64,000 bases of DNA from Bdellovibrionota bacterium (GTDB taxonomy: Bacteria; Bdellovibrionota_C; UBA2361; JAAYZI01). This document shows positions 53,962 to 64,000 of this stretch, piece by piece; the stretch's first letter is position 1, and the number at the start of each line of letters is the position of its first letter. The stretch spans positions 1 through 64,000 of the forward strand of contig JBMNIF010000002.1 of assembly GCA_050950765.1 (NCBI GenBank), given 5' to 3'. The notes below the pieces were generated by a model, which searched no databases, was not told the DNA's origin, and was given only the letters and a program-made list of their open reading frames with translations. The translations under genes were made by a program, and so were the position numbers.

Positions 53962-56232
53962 TTATCTTTTTATCACACTGTTTAAAGCCGATCCCGCCTT
54001 GAACCACACCACCTGATCAGCGGTTAAGGTATGTTGCAACGGTATCTCATAACTTTCTCCTTGCGACACTCCCTTCAAAATCAACCTTGATTGCGGAGCG
54101 ATCTCTGCGATCCCTTCGATACAAAAAATATCTTCAGCAGAAATTTTTTCATAATCTTCAGGATTAACAAAAGTTAGCGCTAACAACCCCTGCTTCTTCA
54201 GATTAGTTTCATGAATCCTAGCAAAACTCTTCGCAATCACAGCTCGACATCCCAGATAACGGGGCTCCATAGCAGCATGCTCCCTTGAAGAACCCTCTCC
54301 ATAGTTTTCATCAGCAACGATGATCCAACCGACGCCCCTCTCCTTGTAATCAGCAGCAAGCTTAGGGATAGGTTGCCCCTCCTCCCCACTAAATAAATTC
54401 CTGCCACTTCCAACCTCAGCGGTAAAAGCATTCACTGCACCTAAAAGCATATTATTCGAGATATTCGGAAGATGTCCTCTATACTTCAACCAAACTCCCG
54501 CCTGTGAAATATGATCCGTCGTGCACTTTCCTTTAACTTTCAACAATAAACGGAGATCTTGGAAATCCTCTATTTTCCAAACACAGAACGGCTCCAACTT
54601 TGCCAAACGATCACTTTTAGGATCTATCTCCACCTCTATCTTTAAACGTTCTTCGAGCGTCAAGTTCGGTGCTGTAAAACCACTCCGATCTATTTCAAAG
54701 TTTTCTTGCGGAAGAGGTTGCCCTAGTGGAGGGTTAAACGCCACCTCAGATCCAACACTATTTTTCAGCTTATCAGTAACAGGATTAAAAGTTATCCTCC
54801 CTGCTATGGCAGCCATCGTTACAAGCTCAGGAGAGCCGATAAAATTTAAAGTCTCTTCATTGCCATCATTCCGTTTGCGAAAGTTCCTATTATAACTGGT
54901 CACTATTATATTCTGTTTTCCAGCAGTAGCAGGATCTCTCTTCCATTGCCCGATACACGGTCCGCAAGCGTTCGCTAGAACTATCGCTCCCAGATCCAAT
55001 AACGGCTTTAAAAAACCATCTCTCTCAACGGTACGACGTACCTGATCTGAACCGAGAGTAACAAAAAAAGGACATCTCGCTTTTAGTCCATTTTTTAAAG
55101 CTTCCTGCGCCACAGCTGCAGCACGACTGATATCTTCATAAGATGAATTAGTGCAACTTCCTATTAAAGCGGCGCTAATCTGATCAGGATAACTGTTTTC
55201 TGCAATAAAGTGCGGCATCTCCGAAACAGTATGCAGCAGATCGGGCGTGTGTGGTCCAACCCACCCTGCTTCAAGTGTATTTAAATCCACCTCTATGACG
55301 TGATCGAAATACGCTTGCGGATCTTGCTCCACTTCAGGATCTGCTCTCAACTCCCCCCTAACACCATCTGCACACTCCGCTATCAATTCTCTAGCTGTTT
55401 TTCTAAGGTATTGAGACCCTCGCTCGTCATAAGGAAAGATTGAAGCAGTTGCACCGATCTCCGCCCCCATATTAGTGATTGTAGATCGCCCTGTTGCACT
55501 AATTGTTTCAACTCCACTACCGAAATATTCCAAAACTTTTCCCGTGCCGCCCTTCACCTTTAAGATGGAGGCGATACGCAAAATAATATCTTTCGGAGAA
55601 GCCCAAGCACGCAACTTACCTGTCAGATGCACACCGATAATCTCAGGGTTTAAAAGTCCCCACGGCAATCCCGCCATCACATCAACAGCATCCGCACCAC
55701 CTACACCTACGGCGATCATCCCCAACCCTCCACCGTTCGGTGTATGAGAATCTGTCCCTACTATCATCCCCCCTGGAAAAGCGTGTTGCTCGAAAACCAC
55801 CTGATGAATAATACCAGCTCCAGCACGCCAAAATCCGATCCCGTAACGTAGAGCAGCACTCTTTAAGAAAGTATAAACCTCTTCATTCTCCTCAAGAGCC
55901 CTTTCTAAATCTTTTTTTGCACCAACTTCAGCTCTTATTAAGTGATCACAATGGATCGTTGTCGGCACCTGCACACTATCAAGTCCAGCTGTCATAAATT
56001 GCAGCATCGCCATCTGTGCCGTAGCATCCTGCATAATAACCCTATCCGGTGCAAAGATTAATGTATCACGCCCCCGTTGCGGAGCCTCTTGCGGTACCTC
56101 TCGTAAATGAGAGAAAAGAACTTTTTCTGCAAAAGTTAATGGTCTCCCCCAACTTTTACGAATAGCTTCACACCGCTTAGGAAATGCTACATAAAAATTT
56201 CTCACAAAATCACCGTTATCCGCCTCGCTCAT
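53962..56232 (-). CDS. Aconitate hydratase (mitochondrial-like clade)
   Basis: QDATAQMA, HCDHLI, DSHTPN, GSCTNSS, CGPCIG and GEGSSREHAA. Confidence 0.95.
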   Translation of the reverse strand: MSEADNGDFVRNFYVAFPKRCEAIRKSWGRPLTFAEKVLFSHLREVPQEAPQRGRDTLIFAPDRVIMQDATAQMAMLQFMTAGLDSVQVPTTIHCDHLIRAEVGAKKDLERALEENEEVYTFLKSAALRYGIGFWRAGAGIIHQVVFEQHAFPGGMIVGTDSHTPNGGGLGMIAVGVGGADAVDVMAGLPWGLLNPEIIGVHLTGKLRAWASPKDIILRIASILKVKGGTGKVLEYFGSGVETISATGRSTITNMGAEIGATASIFPYDERGSQYLRKTARELIAECADGVRGELRADPEVEQDPQAYFDHVIEVDLNTLEAGWVGPHTPDLLHTVSEMPHFIAENSYPDQISAALIGSCTNSSYEDISRAAAVAQEALKNGLKARCPFFVTLGSDQVRRTVERDGFLKPLLDLGAIVLANACGPCIGQWKRDPATAGKQNIIVTSYNRNFRKRNDGNEETLNFIGSPELVTMAAIAGRITFNPVTDKLKNSVGSEVAFNPPLGQPLPQENFEIDRSGFTAPNLTLEERLKIEVEIDPKSDRLAKLEPFCVWKIEDFQDLRLLLKVKGKCTTDHISQAGVWLKYRGHLPNISNNMLLGAVNAFTAEVGSGRNLFSGEEGQPIPKLAADYKERGVGWIIVADENYGEGSSREHAAMEPRYLGCRAVIAKSFARIHETNLKKQGLLALTFVNPEDYEKISAEDIFCIEGIAEIAPQSRLILKGVSQGESYEIPLQHTLTADQVVWFKAGSALNSVIKR

Positions 56233-56468
56233 ATCACAACCTTTCTCTAAAATACCCGCACACCTTAATTTATATTGCCTTATTGGTCATTAAATTAAAT
56301 AAAAATAAAAGCAGCTGAAAATATTAAATTTATAAATAAAATCAATATATTGAAAGCTATTAAGAAAAAACTAGCCGCTTTTTATGCGATGCCTGATAAG
56401 GTACGTTAAAATAATAGGTTCTGTCGATACATTGATTAAAAAAGTATTAAGGAAAGATCTCGCTACTG

Positions 56469-56497
56469 TTGAAATCTGACACTCTCTGGTCTAATAT
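56469..56497 (+). promoter_or_regulatory. Sigma70-type promoter of tRNA-Val
   Basis: TTGAAA-N17-TAATAT followed by a GC-rich discriminator GCGCCC. Confidence 0.55.
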
Positions 56498-56509
56498 GCG
56501 CCCGATTAC

Positions 56510-56584
56510 GGGCGGTTAGCGCAGTGGTAGCGCACCTGCTTCACACGCAGGGGGGCATTGGTTCGAATCCAATATCGCCCACCA
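56510..56584 (+). tRNA. tRNA-Val(CAC)
   Basis: GGGCGGT/ATCGCCC acceptor stem, CCTGC-TTCACAC-GCAGG anticodon arm, GGTTCGAATCC and encoded CCA. Confidence 0.95.
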
Positions 56585-57184
56585 TTATAAAAAAGCTAAT
56601 GAATTTACCGGTTTTGTATTTTTTTATTTTAATTTTACCGAATTATACAACATTTTTGCTTAACTCCCCATAACAACTTAGAATAGTACAGTAACGCTGT
56701 TCTCTTGCAGATCTTTTCACGGAGGGATCTGCAAGACTGCAAGTGATGCTGTAAGGTTATTCTCACAGGTTAGTCGAAGGTGTTTTTTGAGTGTTAAATT
56801 TTCAACAGAAGATTTATCTACTTTGCCCCTATCGGATCTATCAAGAACTTAGTAACGGGATATAAAAAAAACCGTTTTGGCACACTGTTTTTGGTTGTTG
56901 TTTTTGATTGGTGCGATAGGAGCAAAGTGATATGATATGCTGTTGAGTCTTCGGTTACTTGAATATCATTTAATGATATTTTGACTACACTGAAGATCTT
57001 GAGGTCTTGGTTGATATTTTTTTTATCAATTTGAGGTTACTGAGGTTCGTTTTTCGAGCGTTAGTTCTGCATAATCACTTCGCAGTCTCTCCATTTTTTT
57101 CTCTCTTTCCTTATTCTTAAACACTTTCAAAATTCTTTCGATTTTTTATCCTTCAATTATTTTTTCTAATTATTTTTTCTCGAG

Positions 57185-57727
57185 TTTTTATAGATCCCCA
57201 CTATGTGCATCTTATAAGAAGAAAAAGTGCGGCTTCTATGGGAGATATTACCTCTTAACATACGTAAGGGGAAAAGTTTGGGATAGAATCCAAACTTTTT
57301 TGCTTATGAGACAGGTCTTCTCTGATGTTATCCAGATCGTCACGACGCAACTCTTCTTATAGAACCCTAACTTTTCTACCGTTTTGATATACGTATTTAG
57401 GTATGTAAAGAAAAGAGTTGCGTCTTATTAACGGGAGATATTACCTCTTTTTTATAGATCCCCACTATATGCATATTATAAGAAGAAAAGGTGCGGCTTC
57501 TGCCGTAGACGCAACTCTTCTTATAGAACCCTAACTTTTCTACCGTTTTGATATACGTATTTAAGTATGTAAAGAAAAGAGTTGCGTCTTATTAACGGGA
57601 GATATTACCTCTTTTTTATAGATCTCCACTATGTGCATATTATAAGAAGAAACGGTGCGGCTTCTATGGGAGATATTACCTCTTAACATACGTAAGGGGA
57701 AAAGTTTGGGATAGAATCCAAACTTTT
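57185..57727. repeat. Second mosaic repeat family, with 81-bp units bounded by inverted repeats
   Basis: 57185-57299 is repeated at 57613-57727; GACGCAACTCTT...AAGAGTTGCGTC units at 57344-57424 and 57508-57588; GGGAGATATTACCTCTT occurs 4 times. Confidence 0.9.
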
Positions 57728-57775
57728 CTGTAATTTACGTATCTCTACGTAGAAACCGTTTAGAAACAAGCCAAG

Positions 57776-58459
57776 TTAATTTTCGATGATTACTTCAACA
57801 CGTCTGTTTCTGGCACGTCCCTCGTCTGTACGATTCGTAGCAATAGGTCTTGATTCCCCAAAGCCTACGGAACGAATACGAGTGTCAGAGACACTATTCC
57901 TTACCAATTCGCTAGCAACTGCAGTAGCACGTCTCTCTGAAAGAATTTGATTATAAGCGATGCTACCAACAGAATCAGCGTGCCCTTCAACCGAGATAGT
58001 CCGATTCGGATAATCATTAACAACACGCGCTATCTCACTTACAGCACGTACAGCATCAGGTCTGAGATCTGCTCGATTAAATTCAAAAAGAACATCAGGC
58101 AAGTTCACCACCACCCCTCGTTGAGTTGTTCTAACATCAGCGCCACGCCGCCTAAGTTCATTAATCATGCGACGGTTTTCTTCAAGCATCTGATCGCGCG
58201 CTGAGATTCTAGCATCCATCTCTGCTAATTCCCGATTTTGTCGGTCGTATTGACTCCCAACAAGAGCACCACCTAAAGCACCACTAGCAGCTCCAATGGC
58301 AACACCTGCACCGGTATGCCCTGTTTCATGACCGATAATAGCCCCCAAACCGGCACCAAGCGCACCACCGGTAAGAGCGCCACCTTCAGTAGCCCCCATC
58401 TGTCCATTTTCACAAGCCATAAGAGAAAAACAGAATAAAAACACAACTAACTTCTTCAT
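57776..58459 (-). CDS. Glycine-zipper OmpA-family lipoprotein (YiaD-like)
   Basis: Lipobox LMAC, glycine zipper, and OmpA C-terminus VEGHADS...NRRVE. Confidence 0.9.
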   Translation of the reverse strand: MKKLVVFLFCFSLMACENGQMGATEGGALTGGALGAGLGAIIGHETGHTGAGVAIGAASGALGGALVGSQYDRQNRELAEMDARISARDQMLEENRRMINELRRRGADVRTTQRGVVVNLPDVLFEFNRADLRPDAVRAVSEIARVVNDYPNRTISVEGHADSVGSIAYNQILSERRATAVASELVRNSVSDTRIRSVGFGESRPIATNRTDEGRARNRRVEVIIEN

Positions 58460-58518
58460 CAGAGGCACCTCATTCAATATTTAAACTTTATATAAGGAAA
58501 AAGTATTACAACTTCAAA

Positions 58519-59736
58519 TCAGTATTCTTCATGAGACGTATCAGAAATCCTTAAGATCTCAAGATTCTCAGCTGCTTTAGTAAACCCTGAATCTAAGTCT
58601 AAAGCTTTTTTAAACTCATATTCAGCATCCGACCTTCTTTCTAAAGATAGATAAACCTCTCCCAGTGCATTGTGATAACGCGGATTGTAAGGACAGAGCC
58701 GTAAGGCACGCCGATAATGGAATAATCGATCTGGTAACGATGTTGCCTGCTCAGCACTAGTCTCCTCTTTTTTAGCTTCTACACAATCATCATTATAGCC
58801 ACTATAATAATCATCATTATCAGTAACGTTATCGTTAATGGATGCCGCCTTTAATTCAGGTAATAACTGCACCACATTCGGATCATTAGCAGGCGCTGCC
58901 TTTGTTTCGGATGTTTTTTCAACTTTAGCCTGTTCCTTTAAAAGTGATTTCCCTTGATCCCTCCAAGCATATCCAGCACGTGCCGTATCCTCAATCTTAT
59001 CAGGCGTTGTCATAGTCGATTTTGTTGCCGTGCCAAAAACACCAGCATCTACCCTTGTTGGAAGAGAAACTGGAGTGACCTCTTTCTCTACGGCAAAAGC
59101 GACCTCCGGACTTTGCGTTTCAGCTATAACGGGCGCCTTGTAAGTATTATTAAGCGCCGTGTTCGTGTTGCTATTTTCATTCAATACAGTCGTAGCCGGT
59201 TTAGGAAACTGTGAAGGTGTTCCGAAATTGGCAGTATTGTTATAAGCAACACCTGCGGCATTTCCATAAGACCCACTCCTATACGAATTGGAAAAAGCAT
59301 TTTGCCGTCCCCAACTGTTGGTACCGTTATTAAAACTACTCCTATTTAAATTGAAGCTATTATAAGGCGAGAGTGTGTTTCTTGAATAATCTCTGTAAGC
59401 CACCTGATCTTGACTCATGCGACGCAACTCTTCAATTTGCCCCTGTTGCTCACGAATCTGTCGATCTTGCCTTGCAAGCGCCTCTTCCTGATTTCTAATA
59501 GTTTTTTCTTGAGCTTCAAGAACATTCCCTAACGCTGATCCCGCCCCTGCACCGGCTAGAGAACCGATTACGAAACCACTTCCGGCATCACCCGTTTGGC
59601 TGCCGATAATAGCACCGACTCCAGCACCAAAAGCACCACCAGCTGCCGCCCCCACCGCAGTTGTCTTCCCTGGTTCCGTACACGCTGCTGTCAATAATAT
59701 TAAACCGATAAAAACGGTAATCTGATTACTCTTCAT
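58519..59736 (-). CDS. Glycine-zipper lipoprotein with C-terminal TPR
   Basis: TAAC lipobox, glycine zipper, coiled coil and TPR (YHNALGEVY...A..EFKKAL). Confidence 0.75.
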   Translation of the reverse strand: MKSNQITVFIGLILLTAACTEPGKTTAVGAAAGGAFGAGVGAIIGSQTGDAGSGFVIGSLAGAGAGSALGNVLEAQEKTIRNQEEALARQDRQIREQQGQIEELRRMSQDQVAYRDYSRNTLSPYNSFNLNRSSFNNGTNSWGRQNAFSNSYRSGSYGNAAGVAYNNTANFGTPSQFPKPATTVLNENSNTNTALNNTYKAPVIAETQSPEVAFAVEKEVTPVSLPTRVDAGVFGTATKSTMTTPDKIEDTARAGYAWRDQGKSLLKEQAKVEKTSETKAAPANDPNVVQLLPELKAASINDNVTDNDDYYSGYNDDCVEAKKEETSAEQATSLPDRLFHYRRALRLCPYNPRYHNALGEVYLSLERRSDAEYEFKKALDLDSGFTKAAENLEILRISDTSHEEY

Positions 59737-59766
59737 AAAACACCCTACCACAGAAAAAAAATTAAC

Positions 59767-60135
59767 CTACTCAAAACGCCGTACCGACTCATTATGGTAT
59801 TGTTGACGTTTCAGATCTTGAACCTCCCTATCCTGTCGCTTAATCTCCTCCTGTTGTCTACGGATGATCTCTTCCTGTTCGGCAACGATCGCTTCGTTGT
59901 CCTTAGCACCATCCACCACAGCCCCGACTGCCGCTCCCGTGATCATTCCAGTGCCTGCTCCGATTAAAGCGCCCTCTCCTTTATGTCCCGATTGATTCCC
60001 TATAATCGCACCTGCTCCGGCACCTGTCACAGTACCGATTGCAGCGCCCTCAGCCATAGGGCTTGGATCACCACCTGAACAGGCAACACACGATAAAACC
60101 ACCGCAACCACCGCAAAAAAACGAAAGCTATCCAT
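59767..60135 (-). CDS. Small glycine-zipper lipoprotein with coiled coil
   Basis: CVAC lipobox, GAAIG...GAGAGAIIG and a Gln/Glu-rich C-terminus. Confidence 0.75.
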   Translation of the reverse strand: MDSFRFFAVVAVVLSCVACSGGDPSPMAEGAAIGTVTGAGAGAIIGNQSGHKGEGALIGAGTGMITGAAVGAVVDGAKDNEAIVAEQEEIIRRQQEEIKRQDREVQDLKRQQYHNESVRRFE

Positions 60136-60337
60136 AGACACAACACCCACTAAAATAGGATCAAAAAAGTTCAACTCTTAATAAAAAATCCGTCACAGTA
60201 ACTTTACACAAAGAACACCAAACGGAACAGCATAAATATGCACTTTAATAAAAAAAGATCTGATATATTTAGAAAAGAGATACCTTTTAAAGTGATCTTT
60301 GCAAGGAGAACCGTTGTGAATAATGAAACGTCACTCG

Positions 60338-60820
60338 CTACACTTTATGTTTGGTAGGTTTTAAAAGAAGAATAAAAACACCGATACAAACTGCACTATC
60401 AGCTACATTAAACGCTGGCCAGTGTATGTTTTTATAATACACGTCAATGAAATCAACGACTTGACCATAACAGATCCTATCGATAACATTACCTATGGCA
60501 CCACCAACAACTAATGCCATAGCAAAATGAGCTATAAAATCATCTTTAAAGTGTCTCTTTAAAAAGTACACTATCATAAGTAGCGCCAAAACCGTTCCAC
60601 TGTTGATAATTAGATGCCTCCACAGATCAGTCAACTCTGAAAGCAAGCCAAAGGCGATCCCTTTATTAAAAGTTAAAGTGAGGTTTAAAAACGACGGAAT
60701 TATCGGAACAACAACTCCTTCAGGGATATTTTTTAGTACCAGAATTTTTGTAACCTGATCTAACACCGTAACAAATACAGCTAAAAGCCATAATAATCGA
60801 AAGCGGTTTTTTCCACTCAT
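60338..60820 (-). CDS. lspA: Lipoprotein signal peptidase II
   Basis: DQVTK, NKGIAFG, GGAIGNVIDR, VVDFI and FNVADS. Confidence 0.97.
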   Translation of the reverse strand: MSGKNRFRLLWLLAVFVTVLDQVTKILVLKNIPEGVVVPIIPSFLNLTLTFNKGIAFGLLSELTDLWRHLIINSGTVLALLMIVYFLKRHFKDDFIAHFAMALVVGGAIGNVIDRICYGQVVDFIDVYYKNIHWPAFNVADSAVCIGVFILLLKPTKHKV

Positions 60821-60862
60821 TGCAAAGCCCCTCTATTGTACCCAGCCCACTATATATTTTAA

Positions 60863-62203
60863 TTATTGTTCCTCTTGAGATTTACGGAACTTTTCAGCAG
60901 CGAGTTGATCTATGGAGATAGCAACTACCTTACCATCAACACTCCCTGCCACTATCTCCGCTTCTTTCGTAAAAGTCAGCACCCTCAAGTTAGTCGCCTT
61001 TATCTCGTATTCAAGAGCGAGCTCATACTCCACCAATCGCCCCTCTTTCTCCCTTTTTCGCCAAACTTTCAACATACCATCACGGGCAATAGTTGCAACT
61101 CTATCCCCTTCCGGACTAATGGCGATGTCGTATATCATCCCGTCATGTGCTTGAATATCGACAACTTTTGATAATCCCCGCACCTGCCAGACCTCAACAC
61201 TTCCATCTTGCGCGCTAAGCACCAAAAATTGCCCGTTTTGACTGATTTTTATACGATCAATTCTCTCTCCCGCATTACGCGCCGCACTCTTTAAAGCGGG
61301 AACATTTGCAAAAAAACGCGTTCCGAAAAGGTTTTCATCATATTCGCCTTTATAGGCATCTGAACCATACACCAACCACGCCTTTAAATTCCCCACCCAA
61401 TCACCGCTAAAAAAGAGCCTGCCGTACGGATGAAAAGCCACCGCACTCACAACACTGGGATGCCCGTGATAACGATCTAGCCCTGCCGTTCCTACCCGTC
61501 CCCCTCTTAGGGGTTCTTGCGGATTAAACGCCCAACGATAAACCTTACTATCCGTCGCACCGATTATGATTGATCGTGCTTCCGGATCAAAAGCCATAGA
61601 AACTGCGTTAGCTGCTAACTTAGAAAGCTCAAAAGGCCCTTTAGATCCCGCCATTATCGGTAAAATTATAATTCTCGACCCTTTAGATATTCCGATATAG
61701 GCACCATTTGTAGAAAAGACTGCGACACCAGGTTTTTCCGGTAAGAAAAACATCCTCCTTCTCATTTTTCTACGCAGATCCCAAACCGAGACCTCCCCCT
61801 CTGAATCAAGGGATAAAACGAAGCTTCGTCCACTACAATCTCTAACTACCTGTAATGCTTTAATATACCCTCTTGCGGCGCTAGTTGTGTATGTGCCGTC
61901 CTGCCATCCGTTGTAACAATTTTCCGATATATTCTGTTTTTCTCTCTCGGCAAACGGTTTATTACTGCTTTGTGCATCTTTTCTTGCGACTAGCGGTTGA
62001 CGGATCGTTGAATCCTCCATAAACTCAGCACCGACTTCGATCCTATCACCACTCGGTTGAACACGGTTTCTAACCGTTTGAGGGCTCTCTGAGAAGATAT
62101 CAAGCGGTTGAAGATTAGCGCAAGCACTTAAACAAGCGCTGCTGAAAACCGAGATAACCGTGATAACGATTAGATGTTTATAATTTAAGAGTTTATGATT
62201 CAT
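60863..62203 (-). CDS. WD40 beta-propeller lipoprotein
   Basis: LSAC lipobox; WD-like repeats (GHPSVVSAVAFHP, AHDGMIYDIAISPEG...DGMLKVW). Confidence 0.8.
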   Translation of the reverse strand: MNHKLLNYKHLIVITVISVFSSACLSACANLQPLDIFSESPQTVRNRVQPSGDRIEVGAEFMEDSTIRQPLVARKDAQSSNKPFAEREKQNISENCYNGWQDGTYTTSAARGYIKALQVVRDCSGRSFVLSLDSEGEVSVWDLRRKMRRRMFFLPEKPGVAVFSTNGAYIGISKGSRIIILPIMAGSKGPFELSKLAANAVSMAFDPEARSIIIGATDSKVYRWAFNPQEPLRGGRVGTAGLDRYHGHPSVVSAVAFHPYGRLFFSGDWVGNLKAWLVYGSDAYKGEYDENLFGTRFFANVPALKSAARNAGERIDRIKISQNGQFLVLSAQDGSVEVWQVRGLSKVVDIQAHDGMIYDIAISPEGDRVATIARDGMLKVWRKREKEGRLVEYELALEYEIKATNLRVLTFTKEAEIVAGSVDGKVVAISIDQLAAEKFRKSQEEQ

Positions 62204-62405
62204 AGAGTCTCTGCCTAGCACGATTTTTGAAGTTGTACCATAACATGGTGAAAAATAATTGGCTAAGGAGATATTTTGACATCAAAAAAGGGCTTTATTA
62301 TCGTCTTTTAGGATCGTAGTGTAAGTTTTTACATCATTGATATGTTGTGGTGTTATTGCTATGCACACGCAACAATTATAGTTTTAGCAAATCCAAAGGA
62401 AAGAG

Positions 62406-63743
62406 ATGCAAGAAGAAAATCACGGAAACAACAACGAGTTGGAGAATAATCAAACTTCTGAAGTAGCAGAAACAGAGCAGAAGAACAGTATTGAGCACGT
62501 TTATTTTGAAGTTGGCAATGATCTGACCTCAAAACCGAATGCTTTGGCTGACCTCATTCAAACAGTGGAATATCCACACGTTGAAGTGTTTTGTAACAGT
62601 CCATCCGAAGCCGATTTTGTTGATGCTATCCTCAGGAAACGTAATATCCCTTGCGGGAAATTGATCGGTCACGTTCCGTACTCAAAGATCTCTCAAACTT
62701 TACATCAGTTAAATACGGGATCTCTTAATGTTATTATCGTCACCGATATCTCTGCAAATGAGATTGACCCAGGTCAGTTTGATATCAGCATTAACTATGC
62801 CATTCACGAAGATCCTGAGATCTATCTGCACCGTTGCACCCCGCACTCTCAAGAGTCTAAGTTACAGAAAGTTTATAGCTTGGTTGGACCTCTTGATTTC
62901 GGAAACTTTCACTATCTTAAGAAAGTTGTCGATTTTGAATTTTCAAAAGGTGCCTTACCTACTAAAGATGATGTAGCAAAAAGTGAAGCAGAGCGTCTCT
63001 TTACAAGAGCTGTTCAGAGCCCTCACGGTAAAGATGCCGCTACGCAAGATCTTGTTGCTTTAATACAGGCGCATAAAGATTGTAACGCTATTATCGGATA
63101 CCTCCTTCACAACACTATGGTTACCCTTCCGGAGTTAAGCAACAGATCATCTTCTAAACAAGATGATTCTGTGGATAATTCACGTAGGGATCGCCGTGGA
63201 GATAGAGGCGATCGTTACGATCGTAGACGTGGAGGCGATCGTTATTCTTCACGTGATAAAGGTCGTTATGATGATTCATTTAGTGATGATAGACGCGACA
63301 ATCGTCAGATGCGAGAGGAGTATGAGCCACCGAAACGTGATGTTAGGTTCTACTTAGGTCAAGGTCTCAATGATGGACTTACAGATTACGAGTTCCGTAA
63401 TGTCCTAGAGAATGAACTCAACCTCACTCCAGAACAGATTAAGCGTCTTAGTATTCGCGATAATTACGCCTTCATAGATTTTGATGAAGAGAGTTCTGAA
63501 GAGATTATTCAGAAATTGCAGGAATTAGAGCTTCCAAATATCGGGAAACTTTTTATTCGAAAAGCTACCGTAATCAACTCACCTAGAATAAGGATCTCTG
63601 CATCTAGTGAAGATAACGATGATAATAACTTTGAGGAAGAGTCTGCTAACGATACCTTTAATGATGAAGACTCTGACAACGGTGATTGGTGTGATGCTTC
63701 TGATGAAACTACGGATTTTGCTGAAGCAGATGAAGAAGACTAA
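62406..63743 (+). CDS. DEAD-box helicase-derived protein (degenerate C-terminal RecA domain plus DbpA-type RNA-binding domain)
   Basis: VFCNS, IIVTDISA, INYAI...YLHR, an RD/RG-rich linker, DbpA-like RFYLGQG...YAFIDF and an acidic tail. Confidence 0.7.
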   Translation: MQEENHGNNNELENNQTSEVAETEQKNSIEHVYFEVGNDLTSKPNALADLIQTVEYPHVEVFCNSPSEADFVDAILRKRNIPCGKLIGHVPYSKISQTLHQLNTGSLNVIIVTDISANEIDPGQFDISINYAIHEDPEIYLHRCTPHSQESKLQKVYSLVGPLDFGNFHYLKKVVDFEFSKGALPTKDDVAKSEAERLFTRAVQSPHGKDAATQDLVALIQAHKDCNAIIGYLLHNTMVTLPELSNRSSSKQDDSVDNSRRDRRGDRGDRYDRRRGGDRYSSRDKGRYDDSFSDDRRDNRQMREEYEPPKRDVRFYLGQGLNDGLTDYEFRNVLENELNLTPEQIKRLSIRDNYAFIDFDEESSEEIIQKLQELELPNIGKLFIRKATVINSPRIRISASSEDNDDNNFEEESANDTFNDEDSDNGDWCDASDETTDFAEADEED

Positions 63744-64000
63744 TAGTCCTCTAAGGCTCTAATCAAACAAAAAGGGGGATCGTGACTAAATAAAAAACGC
63801 TCCCCCTCATCTCTCCGTTTTGTTATATAGCACTACCTACTTACGGCACTACCAACTTTGTACCAGCTATAACATTTGTACCTTTCAACTTATTTGCTTT
63901 CTGCAAGGCAGATATAGAGACTCCAAGCTTTTTACTAATCCCCCATAAAGTATCTCCAGATCTGACAGTATAACTTCTTACCTTAGGAGACGGTGATTTT

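Noticed and set aside
35009..56584. Prophage or integrative island at either tRNA
   Set aside because: No integrase, no phage genes and no duplicated tRNA 3' end were noticed.

Overview
An AT-rich chromosomal segment of a Gram-negative bacterium. It is probably deltaproteobacteria/Bdellovibrionota-like, which is a low-confidence inference from protein style only. Most genes are housekeeping or envelope genes: dnaG, rpoD, ispF, glgB, gap, udk, etfAB, mrcB, map, hemC, hemE, malQ, greB, gltA, folA, thyA, aconitase and lspA, plus tRNA-Lys(CTT), tRNA-Val(CAC) and one complete IS1634-family element. dnaG and rpoD in the first 4 kb carry several single-base indels that are most likely sequencing errors. 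The most striking feature is a RAYT/TnpA_REP-like HUH (Y1) nuclease gene (7699-8667) together with about 43 copies (manual count) of the 11-mer GGGTGGCACCA, all lying outside the real genes. Unlike classical REPs, the copies have no GTAG foot and no long hairpin. They form mostly head-to-tail arrays of shuffled modules (79, 43, 88 and ~122-134 bp), some of which carry IHF-consensus sites. Micro-duplications repeatedly start exactly at the motif's terminal CCA, which suggests a nick site at GGGTGGCA^CCA. Also present are several tandem duplications of gene 3' ends, a second unrelated mosaic repeat at 57.2-57.7 kb, and several unusual proteins. All counts and coordinates were obtained by eye.
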